This document shows, piece by piece, positions 10,941 to 20,805 of a DNA stretch of 64,000 nucleotides (the first letter of the stretch is position 1; each line of letters begins with the position of its first letter). Both the position numbers and the translations under genes were made by a program. The stretch covers positions 1 to 64,000 of the forward strand of contig CDROCS010006891.1 in NCBI GenBank assembly GCA_977020255.1, in the 5' to 3' direction. Under the pieces are notes generated by a model, which was not told where the DNA came from, made no database searches, and saw only the letters and a program-made list of their open reading frames with translations. The DNA is from Obrimoposthia wandeli (lineage: Eukaryota).

Positions 10941-12473
10941 TTATTCTTCTGCCATTTTATACAGCACTAAATTTTTGAGGAAGTCGATTAAAGCATTTTG
11001 CTCGCTTTTAGCTAAAGCTTGGTATTTTTCGCGTGAGGCTGCACTTTCACCACCGTGAAATTCAATTGCTTCAGCTAACGTTGTCGCGCGTCCGTCATGT
11101 AGATAAGGGGCTGTTGAGCCTACTCCCCAAAGCTCTTTAGTGAGGAAGGTTGCCGCTCCCGTACCGCCCTCATCAATCGCTTCAGCCAGTGCTGGTCCCA
11201 TATCATGGCGTTTTAAATCTCCGTATAAATAAACGATAGCTGCACCGCTGTCATCTGTTTCAAAGTTACCAAAGCTTGTTTTGCTGCCGTCGCTGGCAGT
11301 GATGATGTTATCGGGTAAGTCTTTAGTTAAATCAAAGCGAATTGGTTGGTTTGGGTTAACACCTTGTTGGAGAGGGTCTTGACCTGCTGGGAATTTTAGG
11401 TCGCGATACAATGGGTGCTGGCTAGGTTCGGTGAACATTGCTGAATTAAGGGTGAGACTAGGTTGATGGCAAGCACTGCAAGCGGCTTTATTAAATGCCG
11501 TTTCTCCCTGCTTTATTTGATTTAGCATTTTTTGCGATAGAGCTGGGATTATGCCAAGTTTGGCTAATTCAATATTGGTGGTGGGCCTTGGCTGCGCCGC
11601 TTGGTATATAACCATGGCAGTGATGTCGCCAACACTGAGTTCATTGACAATACCATCGCCGTCGCCATCAACATCGTCGCCTGCGATTTCAGTGGCTTGC
11701 ATGCCTAGCTCATTGTGGCTTGCATCGCGTACAAAAGAGCGAATATTAGCCGTAATGCCTTTCCATTCTATTGGTTTTATTAATAAATCGGCATCCAAAC
11801 CCTTGATAGCCGCTGTATTTAAGGTTTGGTTTGAGTGAGCGGTTAAGCTGCCAAAATTAATGCCTTTGCTCGTCAGTGGTAAAGTGACTGATTGGCCACT
11901 GTTTTGCGCTTGAACCAGTGCCTGTTGTTTAATATTTGCTAAATCAGTGGTCATTTCCTGTGCCAGTAACTGCAGAGCACCAATGCCGAATATATGAGGA
12001 GCTTGGCGGTTGATAAATTGACTTATATCACCGCTGTGCATGGGGTCACGTATATTGTTCATCACCACCTTTCCCGCGCCATCGCCAAAGGGCGTACTGT
12101 GGCAAACATCGCAGCTTTGTGCATTGGGGCCAGTAACGCGTTTGGGAGTGTGGTTAGCCCATTGCTGACCCTTATCCAGATCTGCTCTGGGGACTAGGCT
12201 AAAGCGCTGTCCATTCCCAACATTTGCACCAACGCCTTCAGCTGCTAAAAACTGATGCTCGAATAATTCGTCTCCAACTTTAAAAGCCATGTCAAAGGCA
12301 TGAAAGTCACTTTTAGTTGTTACAATATTGTTTAATAACTGCTGGCTAATATGCAGTGGGGTCGTTTCTGTATTTTGCTCGGCATAGAGGTTGTGATTAA
12401 ACAAAATAGCAATGCTGATAGCACCTAACCAACAGGGCAGAAGCATGGTTTTAGGGAGGTTAATTTTAGTCAT
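10941..12473 (-). CDS. Secreted di-haem oxidoreductase (DHOR/thiol oxidoreductase-like) family protein
   Basis: Signal peptide, two CxxCH motifs (CDVCH, CSACH), RQAPHIFGIG, LYGDLKRHDMG, LWGVGSTAPYLHDGRATTLAEAIEFHGGE. Confidence 0.87.
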   Translation of the reverse strand: MTKINLPKTMLLPCWLGAISIAILFNHNLYAEQNTETTPLHISQQLLNNIVTTKSDFHAFDMAFKVGDELFEHQFLAAEGVGANVGNGQRFSLVPRADLDKGQQWANHTPKRVTGPNAQSCDVCHSTPFGDGAGKVVMNNIRDPMHSGDISQFINRQAPHIFGIGALQLLAQEMTTDLANIKQQALVQAQNSGQSVTLPLTSKGINFGSLTAHSNQTLNTAAIKGLDADLLIKPIEWKGITANIRSFVRDASHNELGMQATEIAGDDVDGDGDGIVNELSVGDITAMVIYQAAQPRPTTNIELAKLGIIPALSQKMLNQIKQGETAFNKAACSACHQPSLTLNSAMFTEPSQHPLYRDLKFPAGQDPLQQGVNPNQPIRFDLTKDLPDNIITASDGSKTSFGNFETDDSGAAIVYLYGDLKRHDMGPALAEAIDEGGTGAATFLTKELWGVGSTAPYLHDGRATTLAEAIEFHGGESAASREKYQALAKSEQNALIDFLKNLVLYKMAEE

Positions 12474-12626
12474 TTTTTGTTACCTCATTGAATAATTAAT
12501 GCTGTCATATAAGTTTTTAAGCTGAGGCAGATTGCAGTCGATGTCTGTTTCGCAATGGGAGCTAGGTAATGCTTTGCTTTAAATACAGCCTCAGTGGCAG
12601 TTTATAGCTTAGCTAGGCCGACAATG

Positions 12627-12643
12627 TGTGGAGAATGTGAAGA
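12627..12643 (-). promoter_or_regulatory. Direct repeat resembling a BaeR/OmpR-family operator upstream of the DHOR gene
   Basis: Minus strand TCTTCACAT-TCTCCACA, about 155-170 bp upstream of the start; resembles the TCTNCANAA BaeR repeat. Confidence 0.45.
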
Positions 12644-12751
12644 TTGAATTCAGCTCACAGCGCTAACAAATAAGCGCTTTAATGTAAGTAGAATATTTAA
12701 GTCACTTGGTGACGAAGGAGGGGGTAAAGTTTTCAATGAAGCTATGAGCTT

Positions 12752-13480
12752 TTAGTTAGAATCAGCGCAAGCGTGCGTAAGTTGATATTTATATCCCACA
12801 CCATAAACTGATTGAATAACGTCATGTTCTGGAAAATATGTTTGCAATTTTTTGCGCACATTTTTGATATGGCTATCGATAGTGCGATCTGATACGAGGC
12901 GATAATCATCATAGATGACATTTAACAGCTCATTGCGACTAAAAATGACTTGGGGGTTATCGAGCATATGATTTAGTAACCTGAACTCAACAGCGGTAAG
13001 GTTTAATTGATGACCGCGAATACTAATGCTCATTCTGGCAAGTTCCACACAAAAAAGCTCGCCGCTATGCTCTTCTTCGGTATTATTAATTGCTAGCAAA
13101 CTAGCGCGGCGCAGAATTACTTTTACTCGAGCAACCATCTCTCTTAGACTAAAAGGTTTGCAAATATAATCATCGGCACCAATTTCGAAGCCTTTTAGAC
13201 GATCGTCTTCTTGTACGCGCGCGGTTACCATAATTATGGGCACATCGCTGCTACTACGTATTTGTTGGCATAAGGTAATGCCGTCGGTTCCCGGTAACAT
13301 TAAATCCAAAATCAGGAGGCTGATATCACTATGACTACTTCCACCGTTGAGAAAGGGCAGCACTTCGTCGCCGTTATGCAAAGTGCTGACAATATAACCC
13401 GCCTGCTCTAAATATTCTTTGAGTACTAATGCTAGTTTGACTTCATCTTCAACGATGAGAATTTTTTGCAAAATAGTCAA
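12752..13480 (-). CDS. OmpR-family response regulator (BaeR-like)
   Basis: LIVEDE, LDLMLPGTDG, GADDYICKPFS, wHTH RTIDSHIKNVRKKL...VYGVGY. Confidence 0.93.
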   Translation of the reverse strand: MTILQKILIVEDEVKLALVLKEYLEQAGYIVSTLHNGDEVLPFLNGGSSHSDISLLILDLMLPGTDGITLCQQIRSSSDVPIIMVTARVQEDDRLKGFEIGADDYICKPFSLREMVARVKVILRRASLLAINNTEEEHSGELFCVELARMSISIRGHQLNLTAVEFRLLNHMLDNPQVIFSRNELLNVIYDDYRLVSDRTIDSHIKNVRKKLQTYFPEHDVIQSVYGVGYKYQLTHACADSN

Positions 13481-13530
13481 AAAAGTTGCTCCTTACTGTG
13501 TTGCTCGCTTATAAAAACAATTGAGTATGA

Positions 13531-15030
13531 TTATTGAGTAATATTATAGTGCAGCGGCAAAAGGACCGTTACTTTTAAACCACCATCAGCATTGTTTTGC
13601 GCCGAGATATCACCATTATGAGCGCTTATTATGTTTTTACAGATAGATAAGCCTAACCCAGACCCACCTACCAAGCGGCTACGAGATTTGTCGACCCTAT
13701 GCAGGCGTTCAAATATTAGTGCTAACTGATCTTGTGGTACTCCTGGCGCCGTATCAATAAATTCAATCTTTAATTGGTTATTATCATGATTTAGTGCAAT
13801 TTTACTGGCGCCACCACTATCTGTGTAGCGTAAACTATTCTCCAATAAGTTATTCAATAGTTGATTAATTCTTTGCTTATCAGCAAAGCAATAGATATCG
13901 CTGAGACTAGCAGATTCAAAATGGCAGCTGATATTTTTTTCTTGCATACGCGGGGCAAATTTAATAAGCAAAGTGTTGATTACTGCCGTGAGATTAATCT
14001 TAGTTTTATGCAGTTCTAAATTATTTTGATCAGATAATGAAAGTTGGTGTAAGTCATCAACTAACTGACTTAGCGAGCCTATCTCACTGTAGAGTGAGCT
14101 AATATGTTGCTGTGTTGGCTGGCGAATGCCGTCGAGTAGCGCTTCAGTTTCAGCACTAATTACCGCAATGGGGGTACGTAATTCATGGGATATATCTGAA
14201 ATCCATTGTTTTCGTAGCTGCTCGTTATGCTGTAAGGTTTGCGTCATTTGATTGAAATCTTCACTTAGTTCAGCTAGCTCATCATTACCTTTAACAAGAA
14301 TGCGGGTGCTATAATTACCAGCAGCGACCTGTTTTGAACCTTGTGCTAAACGATGAATTGGCTGTAAAAACTGCCTGCCCAAAACAGCTGCCACACATAG
14401 CGAGAGCAGCAATACCGCAACCGTAATGTACAAATAGTTTTGTTGCTGCTGGGCAATAAAATCGATTGCCAATTGATCGGTTTGCATGGTCGTCGCTTCT
14501 AAGCCGAGCCAACCAAAGGTTTGCTGCCCGTTTTTAATGGCCACCCAATAATCTATCTCTGTGCTTCTTACACGGCCAAAAACTGGTTTGCGCTGTGCAT
14601 CAAACAGCGAAATACGTCGCGCCAATGAGGTAGACGCAATAGTAGGGTTTACGCTATAAATATCAGGTCTTATTGGCGCATTATTCAAGTGTCTAGGAGG
14701 CGGGCGGGCATCGTTTTTAGGTCTTGGTGGTGCTCGATCAGCTCTTTGGGTTGGCGGCGGTGGTGCCATTCTGATTCGTGCTAATTCCAATGTGTCGCGC
14801 CAATTTCTGCGATTGTGTTGCATAAAATCCCAGCTTTGCTGTTCTTTATACTGCGAGGAAAAGAACTCGGCAACGGATGCTACTCGGTTCAACTCGCCCT
14901 GTTGCAAGTAATTGCTAAAGCCTTGTTGAAATGACCAGTTAACAATAATAAACATCATCACAACGATGCTCGCCAAGGTGAACAACAGTGTTAGTAATAG
15001 TTTAATAAAAATTTTAGAACGCAATGGCAA
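13531..15030 (-). CDS. Sensor histidine kinase (BaeS-like) with Pro-rich periplasmic segment and HAMP
   Basis: Two TM helices, HAMP (DELAELSEDFNQM), DISHELRTP, NLLENSLRY, DTAPG, GGSGLGL. Confidence 0.93.
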   Translation of the reverse strand: MPLRSKIFIKLLLTLLFTLASIVVMMFIIVNWSFQQGFSNYLQQGELNRVASVAEFFSSQYKEQQSWDFMQHNRRNWRDTLELARIRMAPPPPTQRADRAPPRPKNDARPPPRHLNNAPIRPDIYSVNPTIASTSLARRISLFDAQRKPVFGRVRSTEIDYWVAIKNGQQTFGWLGLEATTMQTDQLAIDFIAQQQQNYLYITVAVLLLSLCVAAVLGRQFLQPIHRLAQGSKQVAAGNYSTRILVKGNDELAELSEDFNQMTQTLQHNEQLRKQWISDISHELRTPIAVISAETEALLDGIRQPTQQHISSLYSEIGSLSQLVDDLHQLSLSDQNNLELHKTKINLTAVINTLLIKFAPRMQEKNISCHFESASLSDIYCFADKQRINQLLNNLLENSLRYTDSGGASKIALNHDNNQLKIEFIDTAPGVPQDQLALIFERLHRVDKSRSRLVGGSGLGLSICKNIISAHNGDISAQNNADGGLKVTVLLPLHYNITQ

Positions 15031-15659
15031 CGCCTTTTTTATGACTTGGAGGTACTTTTAATTACAGTAATTAAAGCCACTTAACATTAGCTTTACATGA
15101 ATTTCACATAAGTTATATATTGTTATTATATAAGCACAATATGGTGCAAATATGAATTTTTTAAGTTATGACTGAATGCTAGTGTAAAGCTAAGTTTAAT
15201 CCATAGATGAAAATTATTCCTTATATTCTAATTTGCGTGTTATCTCAAATGTTTGCCAAGGGTTAAAAAGTTGATAATCAACCAAGAAAAAATATGGGTA
15301 TCTGTAAGTTAACAAACTTTTATACAAAGTTAGCTACTGGCTGTGACTCTACTATATCAAGGCATGTAAAAGAGTAGTTATTTAGCTGGTTTTTGTTAGG
15401 CAGCTGTATTAGGTAACTAACTGCTGCACAAATTTGGGCCGCTATTGGTTAACAAAGGCTAATTGCCGAGCCGTAACGTATTGTTACTGTGGTGATAGCG
15501 TTTATTCAAACTGAGTTACATGAGAGTATTTCACTGCTAAACTCAGTTAATAGTTTCAGGTACAGCAAATTATTATGTTGTTTATCAATAGAGTGCGAAA
15601 TTGATAACGGTATAGGTATGCTTTGAAATGTATAAACAGCAGGGAAGCGGTGATTAGTA

Positions 15660-16214
15660 ATGAAGTTTTTCTATAGCAAATACTGGAGAGAAGTATTTGA
15701 TCCGGCAATGATTGTAAAAACAACGTTGCAAACTATTATTGGTTCAGTACTGATAGGCGCTTTTTTCATGGTCAGTGCTGATTACATATTCACGCCAATC
15801 GATATGAATGGTCGTTGGAATTTAATGCTAATACCTAACGAGGCTAGCAGTAAAAAAAACCGCTGCGTTAATATTACTTATAGTGTGTTATTTGTACAAA
15901 ATGGTTTAAAGATAGTGGGAGGTGGTGAGAAGTCCCGTGATGAAAAATCACTTGATTCGGCTTGTAAAGATCAAGTTATATTTGAAAGAACAATAGCGCT
16001 AGGAAAAGGGCAAAGAATTGATATTGCTGGCTTTATAGAAAATAATTATATAGCAAAAGATTTCATTTCATTTTCTTACCAGGAAGGTGAAAGTAGTAAT
16101 TTAAGGTTTACCATGGGTGTTTTAAGCGTAACAGATAATGATGAAATACGTGGCTGGTATAAATCTAATATTAGCCGGGCCAAAGGCGATATTTTACTGT
16201 CTAGGCAACCATGA
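15660..16214 (+). CDS. Hypothetical protein: N-terminal TM helix followed by a beta-rich (lipocalin/Cap15-like barrel?) domain
   Basis: 184-aa ORF with a GGGAAG RBS-like sequence upstream, one hydrophobic helix, then alternating beta-strand pattern. Confidence 0.7.
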   Translation: MKFFYSKYWREVFDPAMIVKTTLQTIIGSVLIGAFFMVSADYIFTPIDMNGRWNLMLIPNEASSKKNRCVNITYSVLFVQNGLKIVGGGEKSRDEKSLDSACKDQVIFERTIALGKGQRIDIAGFIENNYIAKDFISFSYQEGESSNLRFTMGVLSVTDNDEIRGWYKSNISRAKGDILLSRQP

Positions 16215-16501
16215 TTATTGATTCTATCGCGCTAGCAAAACCTTAGTGTATTATTCATTCATTCATTAATAAGCTGCTAGTAATGATATTGTGCGACCCA
16301 TCACCTATCCAAGCCTCAGCATAATAATTTAAGGTTTCTGCTTTCAGTTCATCGCTATCAGAGCTATGTAAGCAATTTTAGATTAACACTAAATAAATTC
16401 CAATCCACTTTACACTGAATTCATCTATTTATTTTGTACAAATCCTATTAATATTGGTCATTACTAACAGTGGGAACTCAACTTTTTAGCAAAGGTAGCT
16501 T

Positions 16502-17107
16502 ATGTCGATCGAGTTTAGTCAGTTTAAGTCAGTGTTAAAACAGCAATTACAACAGAGCAGCGATCTTTGTGAAAAAGGGCACAGTGCTGCTTTAAATATA
16601 AGTGCCAAGCTCGATACACCTCCGATGATGTCTTCTAGTTTGCAAGAGCCGAACTTAAGTGTAACTAACTTAGCAAAAAAACTGATTAAGGGTGCAATTT
16701 TTGAAACACACGCCGTCAGTGATTACCCTTGTGCTCGTCGAGTTCTCGCCAACTATGTCTTACAACTTGCCGATCAATTAAATTGGTACCAAAGATGTGA
16801 TGAAAATAATTTAGCGTTTAACAAAGGGCATGCTAATGCGCAAATCATCGGCCCAGCGGGGGTTTTTTACGATTCACAGGTAATGGTTGGAGTAACGGTT
16901 ATGCAACCAAAACTGCGCTATCCTAATCATAACCATCCGCCTGAGGAAGTGTATGTTATTTTAAGTGAAGGAATGTGGTGGCAAGAGGGGGGGAATTGGT
17001 ATTCGCCGGGAGTGCAAGGTTATGTTTACAACCCGGTTGGAATATCGCATGCGATGCAAGCGTCGGAAAAACCTCTACTCGCACTGTGGTGTTTGAACTT
17101 GCAATGA
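16502..17107 (+). CDS. Cupin of the DMSP-lyase (DddQ-like) family
   Basis: HANAQIIGPAG, YPNHNHPPEEVYVILSEG (cupin motif 1), HAMQ (motif 2), PLLALW. Confidence 0.75.
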   Translation: MSIEFSQFKSVLKQQLQQSSDLCEKGHSAALNISAKLDTPPMMSSSLQEPNLSVTNLAKKLIKGAIFETHAVSDYPCARRVLANYVLQLADQLNWYQRCDENNLAFNKGHANAQIIGPAGVFYDSQVMVGVTVMQPKLRYPNHNHPPEEVYVILSEGMWWQEGGNWYSPGVQGYVYNPVGISHAMQASEKPLLALWCLNLQ

Positions 17108-17171
17108 AAAGCATCTCTTTACTTGTCAATAAAGCTCTGTAAAGAATTGCAGCTCGGGAAGTATTTGACTC

Positions 17172-18110
17172 TCATATCCTATCAGGGTTTGAAGGGGCGC
17201 AGTTGGCGCCCTGCGCATCTTTTATAAACACCTCTTTTAGCAAGCTAATTACCCATTTATGAATCGCACTATGGCTAGAACGGCTATGCCACGCTGCGAT
17301 GACGTCAAAAGAGGGAAGTGTTACGTTTAGCGCTAAGGGCTTCACTTTATCGTTTGGTAATAACCTTGAGGGGAGGAACGCAATAATACCAGCGGCCGCT
17401 ATAATATCAGGCGCTGCAGAGAAACTCGGCACAGACATTACAATATTTCTTTTTAGACCTTGTTCGGCAAACCAGGTATCGTGAGAACCTCTTAAATTGG
17501 CCTGAGAGGGAGTGATGATCAATTGCGGCAATGCAGCTATTTCGGTAATACTTAACGAGCGTTGGAGTAGGGGTGAATCAATGGCAGCGACACATACATG
17601 ATGCTCATGAAAGAGTAGTAATGAAGGGTATGACTTTGGGATAAAAGTGGGGAAAGTTAAGGCTAAATCTAACTCACCTGATTCCATCAATTGCTGAAAT
17701 TTTTCTGTTTCAAAGTGGTGAACAACAAGTTTTAACTCAGGAGCTAGCAAGCGAATTTTTTTTAGCAAGCAAGGCAGTACCGCTTTAATAGCATAGTCGG
17801 TTGCGCTAATGTTAAAAACACCTTTATATCTCGCTGGGTCAAAACTGGGCTCAACTAATAGGCTTTCAATATCACGTAATATCTGCTTAATTTTATCCCC
17901 CATGGCTAGTGCTAATGGGGTTGGAATAACACCATTATTACTGCGTACAAATAAAGGATCATCAAATAAGTCACGCAGTTTGCGTAATTGTTCACTAACC
18001 GCTTGCTGTGTAATGCCCATTTTGTTGGCCACACGTGATAGATTTCTTTCAACTAACAAGTCACGTAACACTCGAAGCTGTTTAATGTCTAGACGGTTGA
18101 TGCCATTCAT
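17172..18110 (-). CDS. LysR-family transcriptional regulator
   Basis: HTH ERNLSRVANKMGITQQAVSEQLRKLRDLFDDPLFVR; LysR substrate-binding domain. Confidence 0.93.
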   Translation of the reverse strand: MNGINRLDIKQLRVLRDLLVERNLSRVANKMGITQQAVSEQLRKLRDLFDDPLFVRSNNGVIPTPLALAMGDKIKQILRDIESLLVEPSFDPARYKGVFNISATDYAIKAVLPCLLKKIRLLAPELKLVVHHFETEKFQQLMESGELDLALTFPTFIPKSYPSLLLFHEHHVCVAAIDSPLLQRSLSITEIAALPQLIITPSQANLRGSHDTWFAEQGLKRNIVMSVPSFSAAPDIIAAAGIIAFLPSRLLPNDKVKPLALNVTLPSFDVIAAWHSRSSHSAIHKWVISLLKEVFIKDAQGANCAPSNPDRI

Positions 18111-18283
18111 ATTTAACCATTTATAATTGAAATATTAATAGATGAACTAATAATAGATCTATTCATTAATAGAGTAACAATTAAAAATTGTAACCGTTAC
18201 ATAATATATTTGTTTTTAATTGTAACAAGCGCTCTTTATAATAACCATCATTCAATTCATCCATTTAGTTATGAGTCAGCGAT

Positions 18284-19630
18284 ATGATAGAAACATTAAA
18301 CTCTTATGATCCAAGTAATAACCAATTACTCGGAACAGTATCCGTTACAACACCGAACAAACTAGCAACAATGGTAAGACAGGCAGAAATAGCAACTAAG
18401 CAATGGCGTAAGCTAAACCTAGCAGACAGAAAGCAGCAGATAGAGTTGGCTTTTGCTAGCATTGAGCCACATCAACGTGAGTTGGCGTATTTGCTAAGCC
18501 AGGAAATGGGTAAGGATTTACGAAGGTCAACGGGAGAGGTTAGTGGTGCTATCTATAGTGCCAGCTATATTGGCCACTATGCCCAAGCTGCGTTGAGTAA
18601 CGAAAACTTAGGTAATGGGAGTGAGCTTCAATACAAGCCGCTAGGAGTTGTCGCAGTAATCTCTCCTTGGAATTACCCACTGGCCATGGCCTGCAATTTA
18701 ATAGTACCCGCGTTGATGGCAGGTAATAGTGTTATTTTTAAACCCTCAGAAGAAACGCCTTTGATCGCTCAAGCGTTTGTTGAGTTATTAAATAAAATAT
18801 TACCTGAGCATTTACTGCAAATAGCGCATGGAGATAGTGAAGTTGGCAAAACGTTAGTCGACTCAGCAGTGGATCTTATTGCCTTTACAGGATCGCGTGC
18901 AGCAGGCAAAGATATTATGCGTCGCGCAGCTAGTGGTTTAAAACGCTTAGTTATGGAGTTGGGCGGCAATGATCCTATGATAGTGATGAGTAATGCACAT
19001 CTTGAGTCAGCCGCGCAATTTGCCGTTGCTAGCAGTTTAGAAAATGCTGGGCAAATGTGCACTTCAACAGAGCGAATTTATGTTGATGCATGCATTGCTG
19101 ACAAATTTGAAGCACGTGTGATCGAACTCGCCTCAAGTTATAGTGTAGGTGCCTGGGATGTGCCGAATGTGCAAATCGGGCCAATTATAAATGCCAAGCA
19201 ACACCAACAGATAAATGCACATATTAATGATGCCCTAAACAAAGGAGCTACACTGCGCTACGGACAACAAAACCAAGTGCCGCCTTATATCCGCCCCACT
19301 GTTATTAGCGGCATAACACCAGATATGCAAATGGAGCAAGAGGAGACTTTTGGCCCTGTTATTGCACTGAGTCGCTTTGATAATATAGAAGAGGCAATAG
19401 TGCGCGCAAATGATTCACAACTTGGTTTAGGCGCTGTCGTGTTTGGTAGCCAAGGTGCTAAGCATGTGGCTGACCAGTTAGAAGCTGGAATGGTTGCTAT
19501 TAATCAAAGCGTGGGAGGCAATGGTGACAGCCCTTGGATTGGTGCGAAGCTCAAAAGCAGCCACGGAGTCAGCAGCAGGGCATCGACAACTACGGTCACT
19601 GCTGCAGTAGGAAGAATATCAGTGAATTGC
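18284..19630 (+). CDS. NAD(P)-dependent aldehyde dehydrogenase; last ~25 codons garbled by indels, so the listed ORF to 19702 has a spurious tail
   Basis: ISPWNYP, KPSEETP, FTGS, MELGGND, GQMCTS, EETFGPV; HG-SAAGHRQ is still readable out of frame at about 19562-19590. Confidence 0.88.
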
Positions 19631-19639
19631 GTATTACCA

Positions 19640-20481
19640 AGCGAAGATTTTATGTTAAGTTGCCAGAGAAGCAGGTGCACAAAACCCTTCTTTGCAACAT
19701 GAGTGGCAAACACGCCTTCTTATCGTCTTGCCAACTGTTTCATCTTAAAGTGCAATTCATTTATCGATATGATGATGTACGACGTGTTGATATACCAGAA
19801 GTGCCAGGTGCTTTTCAGCTTTTAAATGTGCTAACAAAAGATGAATGTGAGCGTTTTATAAAGCTGAATAGAAAAGCCAAAGAGCTATACGTTCCTGAAG
19901 AAACACTTATGCTTGCCGCGGAGATGAGCACAATGATAATGTCCACTAACATATGCTGCTTTAAATGTCGATAACACTATTAGTGATTTAATATGGCAGC
20001 GATCTCGCGCTTCATTAAACGGTATTGAAAGTTTATATAACGCTAAAAAACCTGTCGGAATAAATGGAAGGTTCCGTTTCTATCGTTACCAAAAAGATGA
20101 TTTCTTTAAACCACATACTGATGGGGATATCATTTGGAAGCAGTATTTCGATAAAACCCTGGTGTTTACACGCTAATGCCACCCTGATCGCTGGATAGAC
20201 TTTAATATTGCTAAGTGATGAGTTTTCGGGTGGAAGTACACAGTTTTGGGTAGATAAAGATAACCCGGCTACCCCGCACGTACTGATTCTCGTTAAGAGA
20301 AGAAAAAAGTGTTCGCAAATACTCTGTGGGACAAACAGAAATATTAGCTTTTTGGCAGTGCTATGATGCAAAATGAAGTTCCTCTCACGGACAGCATCCA
20401 ATGCATTGTTTACATAGCTCAGAAAGTATAACTCAAGGTGTAAAGTATATTATTCGTACAGACTTACTATTCGAACTGTAA
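19640..20481 (+). pseudogene. 2OG-Fe(II) oxygenase (prolyl-4-hydroxylase-like), multiply frameshifted; 5' boundary approximate
   Basis: Fragments VPGAFQLLNVLTKDECERFI, PVGINGRFRFYRYQKDDFFKPHTDG, LSDEFSGGSTQF, HPMHCLHSSESITQGVKYIIRTDLLFEL*. Confidence 0.78.
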
Positions 20482-20805
20482 AAACAATCAAAGCGTTTGC
20501 TATCGTTTTGATTATGGGTGGTGCCACATAAACCTATTTAAACTAGTAGGTAAATAGTTAGTTACCTCATAATAGGTAGATTATAAACTACTCCTTAGCT
20601 GCAGTGCCTAATAGGCTAATTCTTATTAGGGACATGCTTTCAAAGAAACTTAAATAAGCATTAAATAAGGGTTACTGTAGCTAAAAACACTTAATTGTAT
20701 GCTGAATAAAAGAGCCTTGGGAAGCGAGAAGAAAAGGAAAAGACCCTCTGAAAACCCTGTGATATTTGATGTGTTATTTGAACTTTACTTTTTAGGACTC
20801 TGTGT

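Noticed and set aside
19547-19702. Apparent novel C-terminal extension or fusion on the ALDH (to 472 aa)
   Set aside because: The normal ALDH tail (HGS.AGHRQ) is present out of frame; the extension is an indel artefact
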